This document shows positions 36,719-46,150 of a stretch of DNA of 64,000 nucleotides, one piece after another. Position 1 is the stretch's first letter. Each line of letters opens with the position of its first letter. The notes below the pieces were generated by a model. That model had not been told where the DNA came from and ran no database searches. It worked only from the letters and a program-made list of their open reading frames with translations. This stretch comes from an uncultured Actinomycetes bacterium (GTDB lineage Bacteria; Actinomycetota; Acidimicrobiia; Acidimicrobiales; RAAP-2), in assembly GCA_903924205.1 (NCBI GenBank), contig CAIYAP010000006.1, forward strand, positions 106,567 to 170,566, read 5' to 3'. The position numbers and the translations under genes are program-made.

Positions 36719-37357
36719 ATGTCGAATGAGCCCCTTGTCACCCTGACGCCATCCGCGATGGACGTCGTTGTCTCCACTCTCGCCGCGGAGGAAAACTCCA
36801 GCGGTTTGGGACTGTGGATTGAAGTGGCAGGCGTCGGTCCGCGCGGCTACCAATACGATTTGTTCTTCCAGGACGTCGAGGGCCACGACGAAGATGTCGT
36901 CACCTACGAGATTGATGGCCTCACCATCATCATCCCGACGGGGTCAGTGGAGCGTCTCACGGGCGCGCGACTTGATTTCTCCGAGGACGGCACGGGCGGT
37001 CTGGTGTTGGTCAACCCTAATCAGCCGACCGCCGAAGAGATGAACCCCGGCGTACCCGCCGAGGTATTCGCTCGCGGAATCGAGAGCGCCCTCGCGAAAC
37101 GCGCGCTCACCGTTCTCGAAGCCTCCATCAACCCGTCGATCTCGTCGCACGGCGGCCGGGCAGACTTGGTCGCCCTCGACGATGAAAAGGGTGTGGCCTA
37201 CGTTCGTCTTTCCGGCGGCTGCCAAGGCTGCGCCATGAGCCGCATGACTTTGTCGCAAGGCATTGAAAAGACCTTGAAGGAAGAGATTCCGGAGCTCGTG
37301 GGCGTGGTTGACGTCACCGATCACGCCTCGGGCCAAAACCCCTTCTACGACCAATAG
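36719..37357 (+). CDS. NfuA-like Fe-S cluster carrier (degenerate A-type N-domain plus Nfu C-domain)
   Basis: C-terminal HGGRADLVALDD...VRLSGGCQGCAMSRMTL is a NifU C-terminal CxxC domain. The N-terminal HesB/IscA-like fold lacks the Cys ligands. Confidence 0.8.
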   Translation: MSNEPLVTLTPSAMDVVVSTLAAEENSSGLGLWIEVAGVGPRGYQYDLFFQDVEGHDEDVVTYEIDGLTIIIPTGSVERLTGARLDFSEDGTGGLVLVNPNQPTAEEMNPGVPAEVFARGIESALAKRALTVLEASINPSISSHGGRADLVALDDEKGVAYVRLSGGCQGCAMSRMTLSQGIEKTLKEEIPELVGVVDVTDHASGQNPFYDQ

Positions 37358-37385
37358 TCCACTGAGACCTCGGTAGGCTTCGGTC

Positions 37386-38573
37386 ATGTTGCGCTACCTC
37401 ACCGCGGGCGAGAGCCACGGGCCGTCGTTAACGGTCATTGTCGAAGGCTTGCCCGCGGGACTCGCCATCTCGGCCGAAGATTTCACCACGGAACTCGCTC
37501 GCCGCCGCCTGGGCTATGGCCGCGGGCCGCGCATGCGTTTTGAGAAGGACGAGATCGCGATTACGGCGGGCGTGCGTCATGGTCGCACTCTGGGTTCGCC
37601 GCTGTGCGTCGTCATCGCCAATACCGAATGGCCAAAGTGGGAAAAGGAAATGTCCGCGGCCCCCGGGCAGCCCGAGAAGAAGCTGACCGCCCCACGACCC
37701 GGACACGCTGACTTGGTCGGAATGCAAAAGTATGAATTTGACGATGCTCGAGATGTGTTGGAACGTGCGAGTGCGCGCGAAACGGCGGCTCGAGTGGTGG
37801 CTGGAACGTGCGCTCGACTCTTGTTGGCTGAAATCGGCGTCAGCGTGTTGAGCCACGTCGTTCGCTTGGGTGTGGTGGCGTCGTCATCGCGTCGTCCGGG
37901 CGCGGGTGATCGAGAGGTGGTCGACGCGAGCGACGTTCGTTGCATCGATGAATCGGCTGCCGAATTGATGCGCGCGGAGATTGCCGCCGCGGCGAAAGAA
38001 GGAGACTCGCTCGGTGGGGTGGCGGAGGTGCTGGCATTTGGTGTGCCGGTCGGCCTCGGCAGCCACGTGCACTGGGATAGAAAAATCGATGGACTCCTGG
38101 CGCAAGCCTTGATGAGTATCCCCGCGGTCAAGGCGATCGAAATTGGCGATGGATGGACGCAGGCCACCCAGCGTGGATCTCAGGCCCACGACGCGATTGC
38201 GCGCGATGACAGCGCTACGGACACTGGAGGCTTTATCCGGCGAAGCGATCACGCCGGCGGCATTGAGGGCGGCATGACCTCGGGGTCGGTGTTGTCACTA
38301 CGCGTCGCGATGAAGCCGTTGGCGACACTCAACCGTCCAGTACTAGAGACGGTCGACCTCGCAACTGGCGATAGCGCAGTGTCCTTCCGGGAACGGACCG
38401 ACGTCACGGCGGTGCCCGCGATGGCGGTCATTACCGAGTCCATGGTGGCTCTCGTGCTCGCCGCAGAAGCGCAACGAAAGTTTGGCGGAGACTCCGTGGC
38501 GGAGTTCGTCCGCAATGCCCGAAACGCTCAAGAGCACTTGGGTGACACCTCGAGCGCAGCTCGACCGGAATAG
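37386..38573 (+). CDS. aroC: Chorismate synthase
   Basis: N-terminal LTAGESHGP plus GRSSARETA-like (RASARETAARV) motifs; 395 aa. Confidence 0.95.
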   Translation: MLRYLTAGESHGPSLTVIVEGLPAGLAISAEDFTTELARRRLGYGRGPRMRFEKDEIAITAGVRHGRTLGSPLCVVIANTEWPKWEKEMSAAPGQPEKKLTAPRPGHADLVGMQKYEFDDARDVLERASARETAARVVAGTCARLLLAEIGVSVLSHVVRLGVVASSSRRPGAGDREVVDASDVRCIDESAAELMRAEIAAAAKEGDSLGGVAEVLAFGVPVGLGSHVHWDRKIDGLLAQALMSIPAVKAIEIGDGWTQATQRGSQAHDAIARDDSATDTGGFIRRSDHAGGIEGGMTSGSVLSLRVAMKPLATLNRPVLETVDLATGDSAVSFRERTDVTAVPAMAVITESMVALVLAAEAQRKFGGDSVAEFVRNARNAQEHLGDTSSAARPE

Positions 38574-38575
38574 CA

Positions 38576-39082
38576 ATGGCTCACGCCATCCTGGTGGGAC
38601 TTCCGGGCGTAGGTAAAAGTACCGTGGGTCACGCCCTGGCAAGTGTTCTGAACCTCACGTTTCTCGATCTGGATGTCGTCATTGCCCAGCAGGCGGGTGA
38701 AGAGACGGCGGCGAGTGTGATTGAGGTGCGTGGCCTCGAGGCATTCCGCGACCTTGAGGCACGTTGTCTCCTCGACGTCCTCACCGAGTCAGCAATTGTG
38801 GCGACGGGCGGTGGTGTCGTGGAGCGCGTCGACAACCAGCAGGCCCTGCGTCAGCATGGGAAAGTTCTGTGGCTGGATTGTGCCGATGACATCATCATTC
38901 CGCGGGTGACGGGGTCTCATCGTCCCCTCCTCGCGTCCGATCCACGTGCATCGCTGGCAATGTTGCGCCACTCTCGCGAGGTGCTCTACAAAGAAATTTC
39001 GACGGCTCGTCTTGATGCGGCCGGAAACCTTGCGGACGTAGTTGATTCAGCGGTCGCGGCCATGTCAGGCTGGTCCTTGTGA
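38576..39082 (+). CDS. aroK: Shikimate kinase
   Basis: P-loop GLPGVGKST and a TGGGVV motif; 168 aa. Confidence 0.92.
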   Translation: MAHAILVGLPGVGKSTVGHALASVLNLTFLDLDVVIAQQAGEETAASVIEVRGLEAFRDLEARCLLDVLTESAIVATGGGVVERVDNQQALRQHGKVLWLDCADDIIIPRVTGSHRPLLASDPRASLAMLRHSREVLYKEISTARLDAAGNLADVVDSAVAAMSGWSL

Positions 39083-40116
39083 AAATTCCCGTTGCCGTGC
39101 CGACGCAGCCCTACGACGTCGTGGTGGGGCGCGGGGTTCGCCGTGAGATTCCGGCGCTGATTGCCGAACGAGCCCCACGAGCGCGACAGGTGGTGGTTCT
39201 CGTCGACGAGGCAATTGCGTCTCAGCCGTGGTGCGATATTGAGGGGCTTGTGATACCGATTGCGGGTGGCGAGTCCAGCAAGTCGCTCGCACATGTTGAG
39301 CAGGTGGCGAACGATTTGTCACGGCGAGGCGTGACACGCCAAGACGTTCTCATCGCCGTGGGCGGGGGGGCGACCACTGACTTCGTCGGAGTGGTGGCGG
39401 CCCTGTATCAACGGGGAATGCCCGTCATCAATGTTCCGACCACGGTGGCGGGCATGTCTGATGCCGCCATTGGTGGAAAGACCGGCGTGAACATCGCGGC
39501 GGGGAAAAATTTGCTCGGGACATTCACTCAACCCGCCGGTGTCCTGTGCGACCTCGACACATTGAGCACCTTGCCGGCCCGCGATGCGCTGGCCGGTGAG
39601 GCCGAAATGGTGAAGTGCTGGCTCATCTCACAGCGACCCACCGCGGGTTATCTCGCCGCCGCGTTTGAAGAACGGCTCGAACACGCCATCGCGCTGAAGG
39701 CGCAGATTGTGGCGGCCGACGAACGCGAAGGGTCAACGCGCGCGCTCCTCAACTACGGCCACACTTTGGCGCACGCCATCGAAGCGCAGTTCTTTGAGGG
39801 CGTCGACGCGCCGCGCCACGGGGAGGCAGTATCGATGGGCTTGGTCTTTGCCGACATGTTGGCGGCCAGACTCGGCCGTTGCGACAGTTCCCGAGTGGAG
39901 GAAACTCGAGAATTCCTTCGCCACCTCAATCTCCCCGTCACGGTGCCCCGTCACCTCGATTTGAACGAGACGATGAGCTTTATGTATCGAGACAAAAAGG
40001 CCCATGGGGGACTGACGTTTGTCTTAACCGGCTCGAATGGATGTGAGGTGGTTGCGGATATCAATGAGACGCTCGTGCGAGGATGTCTGGAGACCCTGAT
40101 GGAGGAGTCGCGATGA
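39079..40116 (+). CDS. aroB: 3-dehydroquinate synthase
   Basis: GGGATTDFVG, PTTVAGMSDAAIGGKTGVN and YGHTLAHAIE motifs. GTGA overlap with aroK. Confidence 0.93.
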   Translation: MKIPVAVPTQPYDVVVGRGVRREIPALIAERAPRARQVVVLVDEAIASQPWCDIEGLVIPIAGGESSKSLAHVEQVANDLSRRGVTRQDVLIAVGGGATTDFVGVVAALYQRGMPVINVPTTVAGMSDAAIGGKTGVNIAAGKNLLGTFTQPAGVLCDLDTLSTLPARDALAGEAEMVKCWLISQRPTAGYLAAAFEERLEHAIALKAQIVAADEREGSTRALLNYGHTLAHAIEAQFFEGVDAPRHGEAVSMGLVFADMLAARLGRCDSSRVEETREFLRHLNLPVTVPRHLDLNETMSFMYRDKKAHGGLTFVLTGSNGCEVVADINETLVRGCLETLMEESR

Positions 40117-40544
40117 AGATCATGATTATTTCGGGACCCAATTTGTCGATGTTGGGGGAGCGTCAACCCGAGATTTACGGCTTCGCTAACCTCGACGACT
40201 GTGTCAATGAAGTGCGTTCAGTTCTGCCGTCCGCGGACATCCTCCACGTGAGATCGAATAGCGAGAGCGAGCTCATTGATGCGATCTTGTCTCATCGCTT
40301 CGTCGATGGCACCATCATCAACGCCGGGGCTCTGACGCACTATTCGTGGTCTCTTCGTGACGCCCTCGCGCAGATGACGGGTCCGAAAGTCGAAGTTCAC
40401 GTCTCGAATCCCCTCGCTCGGGAGACCTTTCGACACACGTCAACGCTCGCGGCCGTCGTGAATGGCACCATTGCGGGATTTGGAACCGGCTCGTATCGGC
40501 TCGCGGCGACGTGGTTGAAAGATCGAATCACCATCACCGAGTAG
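40113..40544 (+). CDS. aroQ: Type II 3-dehydroquinate dehydratase
   Basis: ISGPNLSMLGERQPEIYG and HVSNPLARE motifs. ATGA overlap with aroB. Confidence 0.93.
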   Translation: MKIMIISGPNLSMLGERQPEIYGFANLDDCVNEVRSVLPSADILHVRSNSESELIDAILSHRFVDGTIINAGALTHYSWSLRDALAQMTGPKVEVHVSNPLARETFRHTSTLAAVVNGTIAGFGTGSYRLAATWLKDRITITE

Positions 40545-40593
40545 TTCAGCCGGTAGAATTGACCCGCTCGGCCGTCAAGCCAAGGAGACCCCC

Positions 40594-41157
40594 GTGCCCG
40601 CCATTTCTAGTAACGACATAAAGAACGGCATCACCATTGCCACCGAAGGTGGTCTATTTACCATCGTGGAGTTCCAACACGTGAAGCCCGGTAAAGGTGG
40701 CGCGTTCGTGCGCACCAAGCTTCGCAATGCTCGAACCGGCGCCGTTATCGAGCGCACCTACCGTGCCGACGAGCGCCTCGAGCAGGCCATCATTGATAAG
40801 CGCGACATGCAGTACCTCTACCGCGACGGATCTGACTACATCTTCATGGACCAAGACACCTACGACCAGGTACCCGTCACGCCCGCCCAGCTGGGCAACG
40901 CCGCCAATTTCTTGAAGGAAACCGGTACGGCCATGCTGATCACTCACAATGATGAAATCATTGGTGTGGAACTGCCGGCCTCCGTGGAGCTCGTCATCAG
41001 CGACACCGAGCCCGGTATCCAAGGCGACCGCGTATCGGGTGCTCGTAAGCCCGCGACGTTGGAAACTGGTTTCGTGGTGCAGGTTCCCCTCTTCGTCGGC
41101 CCCGGTGAGGCCATCAAGGTGGATACCCGTTCCGGTGAATACATGACCCGCGCGTGA
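40594..41157 (+). CDS. efp: Translation elongation factor P
   Basis: VKPGKGGAFVRTKLRN loop; 187 aa. GTG start with an AAGGAG ribosome-binding site. Confidence 0.96.
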   Translation: MPAISSNDIKNGITIATEGGLFTIVEFQHVKPGKGGAFVRTKLRNARTGAVIERTYRADERLEQAIIDKRDMQYLYRDGSDYIFMDQDTYDQVPVTPAQLGNAANFLKETGTAMLITHNDEIIGVELPASVELVISDTEPGIQGDRVSGARKPATLETGFVVQVPLFVGPGEAIKVDTRSGEYMTRA

Positions 41158-41561
41158 GCAGCGACTGGATTGAAGTCCCGCGTTCTCAGTCTCGAGAGCG
41201 GGCACTAGAGCTCCTCTACGAAGCGGACCGCAAAGAACGTTCGGTTGATGTCGTGGTGACCGACCAAGCAATCCCCATTGATGAATACACGCAAGTATTG
41301 CTCGATGCCGTGACGACATTCACCGCCCACAGCGAGGAACTCATCGACAAACATTCCACGGCGTGGCCCATCGATCGCCTCGCCGTTCTTGATCGACTCA
41401 TCTTGGTTCTGGCGCTGTCAGAACTGCAAATGGATGAGCATCCACCAAAAGCTGTTGTCATGAACGAGGCGGTGGAGTTGGCCAAAACCTTCTGCTCCGA
41501 TGAGAGCCCGAGCTTTATCAACGGCGTTCTGTCCGCCTGCGTGAAGGAACTCGAAGGCTAG
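41154..41561 (+). CDS. nusB: Transcription antitermination factor NusB
   Basis: 135 aa with NusB-like helices (RERALELLYEAD...; AVELAKTFCSDESPSFINGVL). Conserved efp-nusB pairing. Confidence 0.9.
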   Translation: MSSDWIEVPRSQSRERALELLYEADRKERSVDVVVTDQAIPIDEYTQVLLDAVTTFTAHSEELIDKHSTAWPIDRLAVLDRLILVLALSELQMDEHPPKAVVMNEAVELAKTFCSDESPSFINGVLSACVKELEG

Positions 41562-41571
41562 GATTTGCCTC

Positions 41572-43287
41572 ATGGGTGGAATGGGCGGTTCGGCGGCAAA
41601 CGGTAGTCCGTTCGTCGTGAGCCAATTCCACCATTACCTCGCGGTGGGTCTGTTGTGGGTGCTGATAGTGGCGGTCGTGGCGACTTTCGCCACGTCATGG
41701 TGGCGCCAACGTCGCCCCTTTCCCATTGCCGAGATGTCTGGTCGCACCTGGCTGCGATTTTCTTTTGGTGCGCTGTGGATTTTCGATGGCATTTTGCAGT
41801 TGCAGGCGGGAATGCCGCTGGGCTTGGCCAACCAAGTTTTTGCCCCCGCCGCCGATGGCAACCCGTCGGTCGTGAAGTCGATTATCGCGACCGCGGTTCG
41901 ACTCTGGAATGAACATCCGCTGGCATTTGCTCCCGCCACCGTGTGGATGCAGATAGGTATCGGACTCTTGCTGTGGTCGTCGCGCGGAACAGCCTCGCGC
42001 GTCGGTGGCGCCCTCAGTGTGTTCTGGGGATCTCTGGTGTGGGCGGGCGGCAACGGGTTTGGCGGGATGCTCGGCGCTCACTCGTCGTTCCTCTTTGGCT
42101 GGCCCGGCGCCGTGTTCTTTTACATGGTGGCGGGCTTTTTTCTTGCGCGTCCCCCCGAGCGATGTGCTCGGCACCTGTCGTTGTGGTCCACTCGCGTCGG
42201 CGCCGTCACCTTGGCCGTAGGTTCGCTGTGGCAAATTCTCCCGCAGAATGACTTTTGGGCCTCCGGTTCGTCGAATGCGCTGTGGGCCATGAGCAATGAC
42301 ATGACGGGTGCCGCTCAGCCGGGATTCCTGCGATCGCTGGTGCGGGCCGTTGGACGAATGGGCTACCACGGTGGTGCGATCGTCAACGCCGTCATCGTGC
42401 TGTGGATGCTTGCCACCGCCATCGGCTTGTGGCGATACCGCAAGTCAACAGCGCGTTGGCCGTTTATCAGCGCCAGTATCGGAGCAGTGACGATTTGGAT
42501 CACTATCCAAGACCTCGGGATTTTCGGGGGAGTGGGCACCGACCCGAATTCCATGTTGCCTTTCGCGGCTCTCATTCTCGCGGGAGCATCATGGAAGCCA
42601 CTCGAGCGACTCTCGTTGTCCGCACGCTGGAGTCACGTCGGGGCGTCGGTGGCGGCCTTTGGCGTGGCGATGACATTGGTGGGTGGAGTTCCGGTGGCCT
42701 CAGCCAGCCTCTTCTCACCGGTTGAAACAACGCAGTACGAGGCGTTGAACGCCAGCGTGTCCATTCTGAGCCCCCGGATTGCTGCACCCGAGTTACCGGT
42801 CGCTCTGGTGAATCAATTTGGTCAGACTCGTGCCATCGTCCGGCACGGTCACGTGACGGTGGTGACCTTTCTCGATCCCCGGTGCTGGACGGATTGTGCG
42901 GCCCTCGGCCGCCAGCTGGTGTCGCTCGACAAGCGTTTGGGGAGTCCGACGTCGGTTACATATGTCGCGATTGCTGCCAACCGCTTCCACCATTCGATTG
43001 CCGACGACCGAGCATTCATACATCGCTACGGGTTGACGGAACTGGGCAGTCGGTTCCAGTTCCTCACGGGAACGCGAGCACAACTCGAAACAGCGTGGTC
43101 GGCGTACGGGATTGAAGTGGACATGAAGCCCACCGATAAAATGAGCGTTCACACCGATCAGGTTGACGTTATTGATGCCCAAGGGCGCGTCGCGGTGATC
43201 GTGCCGGATGATCCTCCCAGTGGGTGGTCTGGTCAAGAATCCGCGGTCACGGTGTTGGCGGGAGCGGTTCGGCTCGCGCAGCGATGA
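41572..43287 (+). CDS. Polytopic membrane domain fused to a C-terminal SCO1/SenC copper chaperone domain
   Basis: About 370 aa of multi-TM sequence. This is followed by a thioredoxin-fold region with FLDPRCWTDC (CxxxC) and a downstream SVHTDQVDVIDAQGRV block, which corresponds to the SCO conserved His. Confidence 0.75.
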   Translation: MGGMGGSAANGSPFVVSQFHHYLAVGLLWVLIVAVVATFATSWWRQRRPFPIAEMSGRTWLRFSFGALWIFDGILQLQAGMPLGLANQVFAPAADGNPSVVKSIIATAVRLWNEHPLAFAPATVWMQIGIGLLLWSSRGTASRVGGALSVFWGSLVWAGGNGFGGMLGAHSSFLFGWPGAVFFYMVAGFFLARPPERCARHLSLWSTRVGAVTLAVGSLWQILPQNDFWASGSSNALWAMSNDMTGAAQPGFLRSLVRAVGRMGYHGGAIVNAVIVLWMLATAIGLWRYRKSTARWPFISASIGAVTIWITIQDLGIFGGVGTDPNSMLPFAALILAGASWKPLERLSLSARWSHVGASVAAFGVAMTLVGGVPVASASLFSPVETTQYEALNASVSILSPRIAAPELPVALVNQFGQTRAIVRHGHVTVVTFLDPRCWTDCAALGRQLVSLDKRLGSPTSVTYVAIAANRFHHSIADDRAFIHRYGLTELGSRFQFLTGTRAQLETAWSAYGIEVDMKPTDKMSVHTDQVDVIDAQGRVAVIVPDDPPSGWSGQESAVTVLAGAVRLAQR

Positions 43288-44087
43288 CGCCACTTTTCAT
43301 CGTCGGGGCGGTCTTCGCGGTCACGGTGTTGGCGGGAGCGCTGCGTCGACGTCGCGAGGGAACGTGGCGCCCCCACCACCGACTACCCGTACTCGTCGCG
43401 GTAGTGGCTTCGCTCGTCTTGGCCGCGACCTCCAGCGCACCCGTTGACGTACGCGCGATGTCATCTCTCCCCATACACATGGTCGCCCACGTGGTCGTGA
43501 TGTTTCTCGTCCCCATGGCCTTTGTGTGGTCAGGTGTTGGCTGTCAACTGGAAATGGTGATGCCGGAGGTGATTCGTCGGCCGCTTCGTCGCGCGTGGAG
43601 TCGCTGGGCATGGCGTGGGGATAGGTCGCTCCTGGCCTCAACGGTCATACTGAACGCGGTCATGGTGGCAAGTCACCTCCCTGCCGTCTTTAACGACGCC
43701 ATGAGCCACCCGGCGGTCATGAACTGGATAGTGGAGCCCACCTTCTTGCTCTCGGGTTGGTGGTTCTTTGGTGGCCTGATCTCCGCTCCGGGTTACCCGG
43801 TGCCCACTCGTCTGAGCCGCCAACTTCTGGCCGTGGTCTTCACCATGGGCGAGATGCTCATCCTGGCGATGTCCATGTCGATTTTCACGAAAACGGCCTG
43901 GTATCAGATGAGCGATGCCATGGGGCCGATGAGGATGTCGTTTTCCAGCCAGCAATTGGCCGCCGCGATTTTGTGGATTTGCGGCGACTTCTGGGGCGTG
44001 CCCCTCGTGGTCGTGATTTTCCGACGTCTCATTGATCGCGACGGTTCGTTACTCGTGGCCCTCGATCGGCGAGTTCGGAACGTCTAG
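43284..44087 (+). CDS. Cytochrome c oxidase assembly factor, CtaG-like (caa3_CtaG family) membrane protein
   Basis: Polytopic, with a PIHMVAHVVVMFLVPMAF motif typical of the family. ATGA overlap with the SCO1 fusion. Confidence 0.7.
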   Translation: MTPLFIVGAVFAVTVLAGALRRRREGTWRPHHRLPVLVAVVASLVLAATSSAPVDVRAMSSLPIHMVAHVVVMFLVPMAFVWSGVGCQLEMVMPEVIRRPLRRAWSRWAWRGDRSLLASTVILNAVMVASHLPAVFNDAMSHPAVMNWIVEPTFLLSGWWFFGGLISAPGYPVPTRLSRQLLAVVFTMGEMLILAMSMSIFTKTAWYQMSDAMGPMRMSFSSQQLAAAILWICGDFWGVPLVVVIFRRLIDRDGSLLVALDRRVRNV

Positions 44088-44381
44088 CGGCTCTCGGCCG
44101 TGAACCTTGGCGAGATAGGCGTTCCATTCGTCTAGTTCCCGTTGTGTCTTGTCGTCGAGGACGTTGGTGGAGGTGGTCAACTCATTGTCACCTCTTAGGA
44201 GTTTGCGCCACATATAGACGGCGTAGCCCTGTAATGCCGGCCACTCGAAGACGTAGGCCCATGACAACGAATTGCCGCCGAGAGCTCGCCATAATTCAAA
44301 GAAGAATGCGGGCATGCAAATCGCTGTTGCGAGGAGTAAGCCGAGGTGGATGCGGAGGCGCTCAGCTCGAGGGAGGCTCAT
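44049..44381 (-). CDS. Small hypothetical membrane protein (110 aa, two TM segments)
   Basis: ATG-initiated ORF with two hydrophobic segments. Its 3' end overlaps the convergent ctaG-like gene by 39 nt. Confidence 0.45.
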   Translation of the reverse strand: MSLPRAERLRIHLGLLLATAICMPAFFFELWRALGGNSLSWAYVFEWPALQGYAVYMWRKLLRGDNELTTSTNVLDDKTQRELDEWNAYLAKVHGREPLDVPNSPIEGHE

Positions 44382-44530
44382 GCGAGGCAGGTTAGCCAGA
44401 GATACTGGGGAGTAACCATCCTAAAAAAAGTTAAGTAGAGACTTTTAGTGCGAAATTTCAATTTTCACGAACGAATGAGGAGTACGGTGGGATTACGCAC
44501 CACAGGCGGTGCGCCCACAGGGGGATTTGA

Positions 44531-45349
44531 ATGAAATACGGACGCGCACTGTTGACGTCACTTCTCGCAACGATTCTGGGTGCGGGAGTGATTGGCGGCG
44601 TCGCCGTGGCATTGGCCCACCTGCAGCCTCACCAAAATGCATACTCGGGAACGGTTACGTCCGTTCCCGAAATGGTGAACGGCACGCAGGTTGAGGTCAA
44701 GCACGTGGCGTTGTCGTTATCGACGTACCCTGACTCTCTCTTTACCGGTCAACCCCACGGGGCAAATGGTGGTGCACACCCCGACTGGGTGAGCTACAAC
44801 CATGACAACCTGGTTGTTCCCGCAAATTCCGTGGTGACCATCACCGTTGATCAATACGACTCGGGCGGCTCCTTGAACAATTCGTTCTTTGGTCAAGTCC
44901 GCGGTACTCTGAGTGGCAAGGCGACATTTACGACCTGGGGTTACCCCGGTTGCGACCTCACGACATTCTCGTGCAGCAGCACTGCGAAGCAAAGCCTGGC
45001 CGACAATGGCGTGAAGACCACGCTGACGTCAGACCAGTGGCCCTACAACTCCGTGGGTCACACCTTCACTCTGCGCTCGACGGGTAACGCACCGGGGCTA
45101 TTGGTGTCGGTGCCGCTTCCGGCGGTGTTCGGAGACAAGGACGGCGCCTTCTACGGCCCGCAGACGACTCCCAATTCCATCGGCGGGACATATCCGATCC
45201 AGCACACCACCGTCACGTTCTCCTTCAAGGTGAAGGGACCTGGGGTCTATCAGTGGAATTGCGAGTACCCCTGTGGTGTAAAGACGGGAAACTTCGGTGA
45301 AGCCATGAGTACGTTCGGATACATGTCCGGAACCTTGACGGTGAAGTAG
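44531..45349 (+). CDS. Membrane-anchored cupredoxin-domain protein, CoxB-like with a degenerate CuA motif
   Basis: N-terminal TM anchor. The C-terminus GVYQWNCEYPCGVKTGNFGEAM...GTLTV parallels CoxB GWYDIRCVELCGLNHSAM but lacks the His after the CG. Lies directly upstream of ctaC. Confidence 0.7.
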   Translation: MKYGRALLTSLLATILGAGVIGGVAVALAHLQPHQNAYSGTVTSVPEMVNGTQVEVKHVALSLSTYPDSLFTGQPHGANGGAHPDWVSYNHDNLVVPANSVVTITVDQYDSGGSLNNSFFGQVRGTLSGKATFTTWGYPGCDLTTFSCSSTAKQSLADNGVKTTLTSDQWPYNSVGHTFTLRSTGNAPGLLVSVPLPAVFGDKDGAFYGPQTTPNSIGGTYPIQHTTVTFSFKVKGPGVYQWNCEYPCGVKTGNFGEAMSTFGYMSGTLTVK

Positions 45350-45352
45350 GCG

Positions 45353-46141
45353 ATGAATATGACCAAGAACAATTCGAACAAATTTTCCCTCAAGCCATTT
45401 TTGGTGATCTGGGCGGTCCTGACGGCAATCGGCATCTGGATTTCCATCAAGGGAACTCCGTGGTTGATGGAGAAGTCGGCGAGCCACCAAATGCACATGG
45501 CCATATTGACCGTGATCGTTTTCTCGGTCGCCGCTGCCCCCGTCGCCGCCGGAATTTACGCAGTTCAGATTTACGCTCTCGCGAAGTGGCGCTACAAGGG
45601 CGAGGGTGTTCCTCCCGATGCCGAGCCGTTGCGCAATAACGTCAAAGCTGTCTCCGCGTGGATCGGCGTGAGTGCGCTACTGACAACCTTCTTGCTCATC
45701 TGGGGCTTGGCGGCACTCGCGAGTGACGACAATGTCTCTGGCCCGAACCCCATGACCGTGAATGTCACGGGGCAGCAGTGGATGTGGAGCTTTCAGTACC
45801 CCATCGCTGAGACCCTGCTTCACCACAATGTGGAGAGCAACATCCTCGTGATTCCCGTGAACAATCAAGCAAATTTCAACGTCACTTCAGTTGACGTGAC
45901 CCACGGATTTTGGGTGCCGTCTCTCGGTGTCAAGGTCGATGCCAACCCCGGCACGGTGACCACCTTGTCGGTTGTTCCGAACAAGCCCGGTTGGTATGAC
46001 ATTCGCTGTGTCGAACTGTGTGGCTTGAACCACTCAGCCATGATCACGAAGGCCCACGTCGTCTCTGACAAAGAGTTCCTCACGTGGCTCAAGGAACAAC
46101 CGGCGTCGCCGGCCGCGATTACTACGTCAGTGAAGAACTAA
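45353..46141 (+). CDS. ctaC: Cytochrome c oxidase subunit II (CuA)
   Basis: Two TM helices followed by a cupredoxin domain. Complete CuA ligand set: DVTHGFWVP and CVELCGLNHSAM. Confidence 0.93.
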   Translation: MNMTKNNSNKFSLKPFLVIWAVLTAIGIWISIKGTPWLMEKSASHQMHMAILTVIVFSVAAAPVAAGIYAVQIYALAKWRYKGEGVPPDAEPLRNNVKAVSAWIGVSALLTTFLLIWGLAALASDDNVSGPNPMTVNVTGQQWMWSFQYPIAETLLHHNVESNILVIPVNNQANFNVTSVDVTHGFWVPSLGVKVDANPGTVTTLSVVPNKPGWYDIRCVELCGLNHSAMITKAHVVSDKEFLTWLKEQPASPAAITTSVKN

Positions 46142-46150
46142 GGGGGAGCG

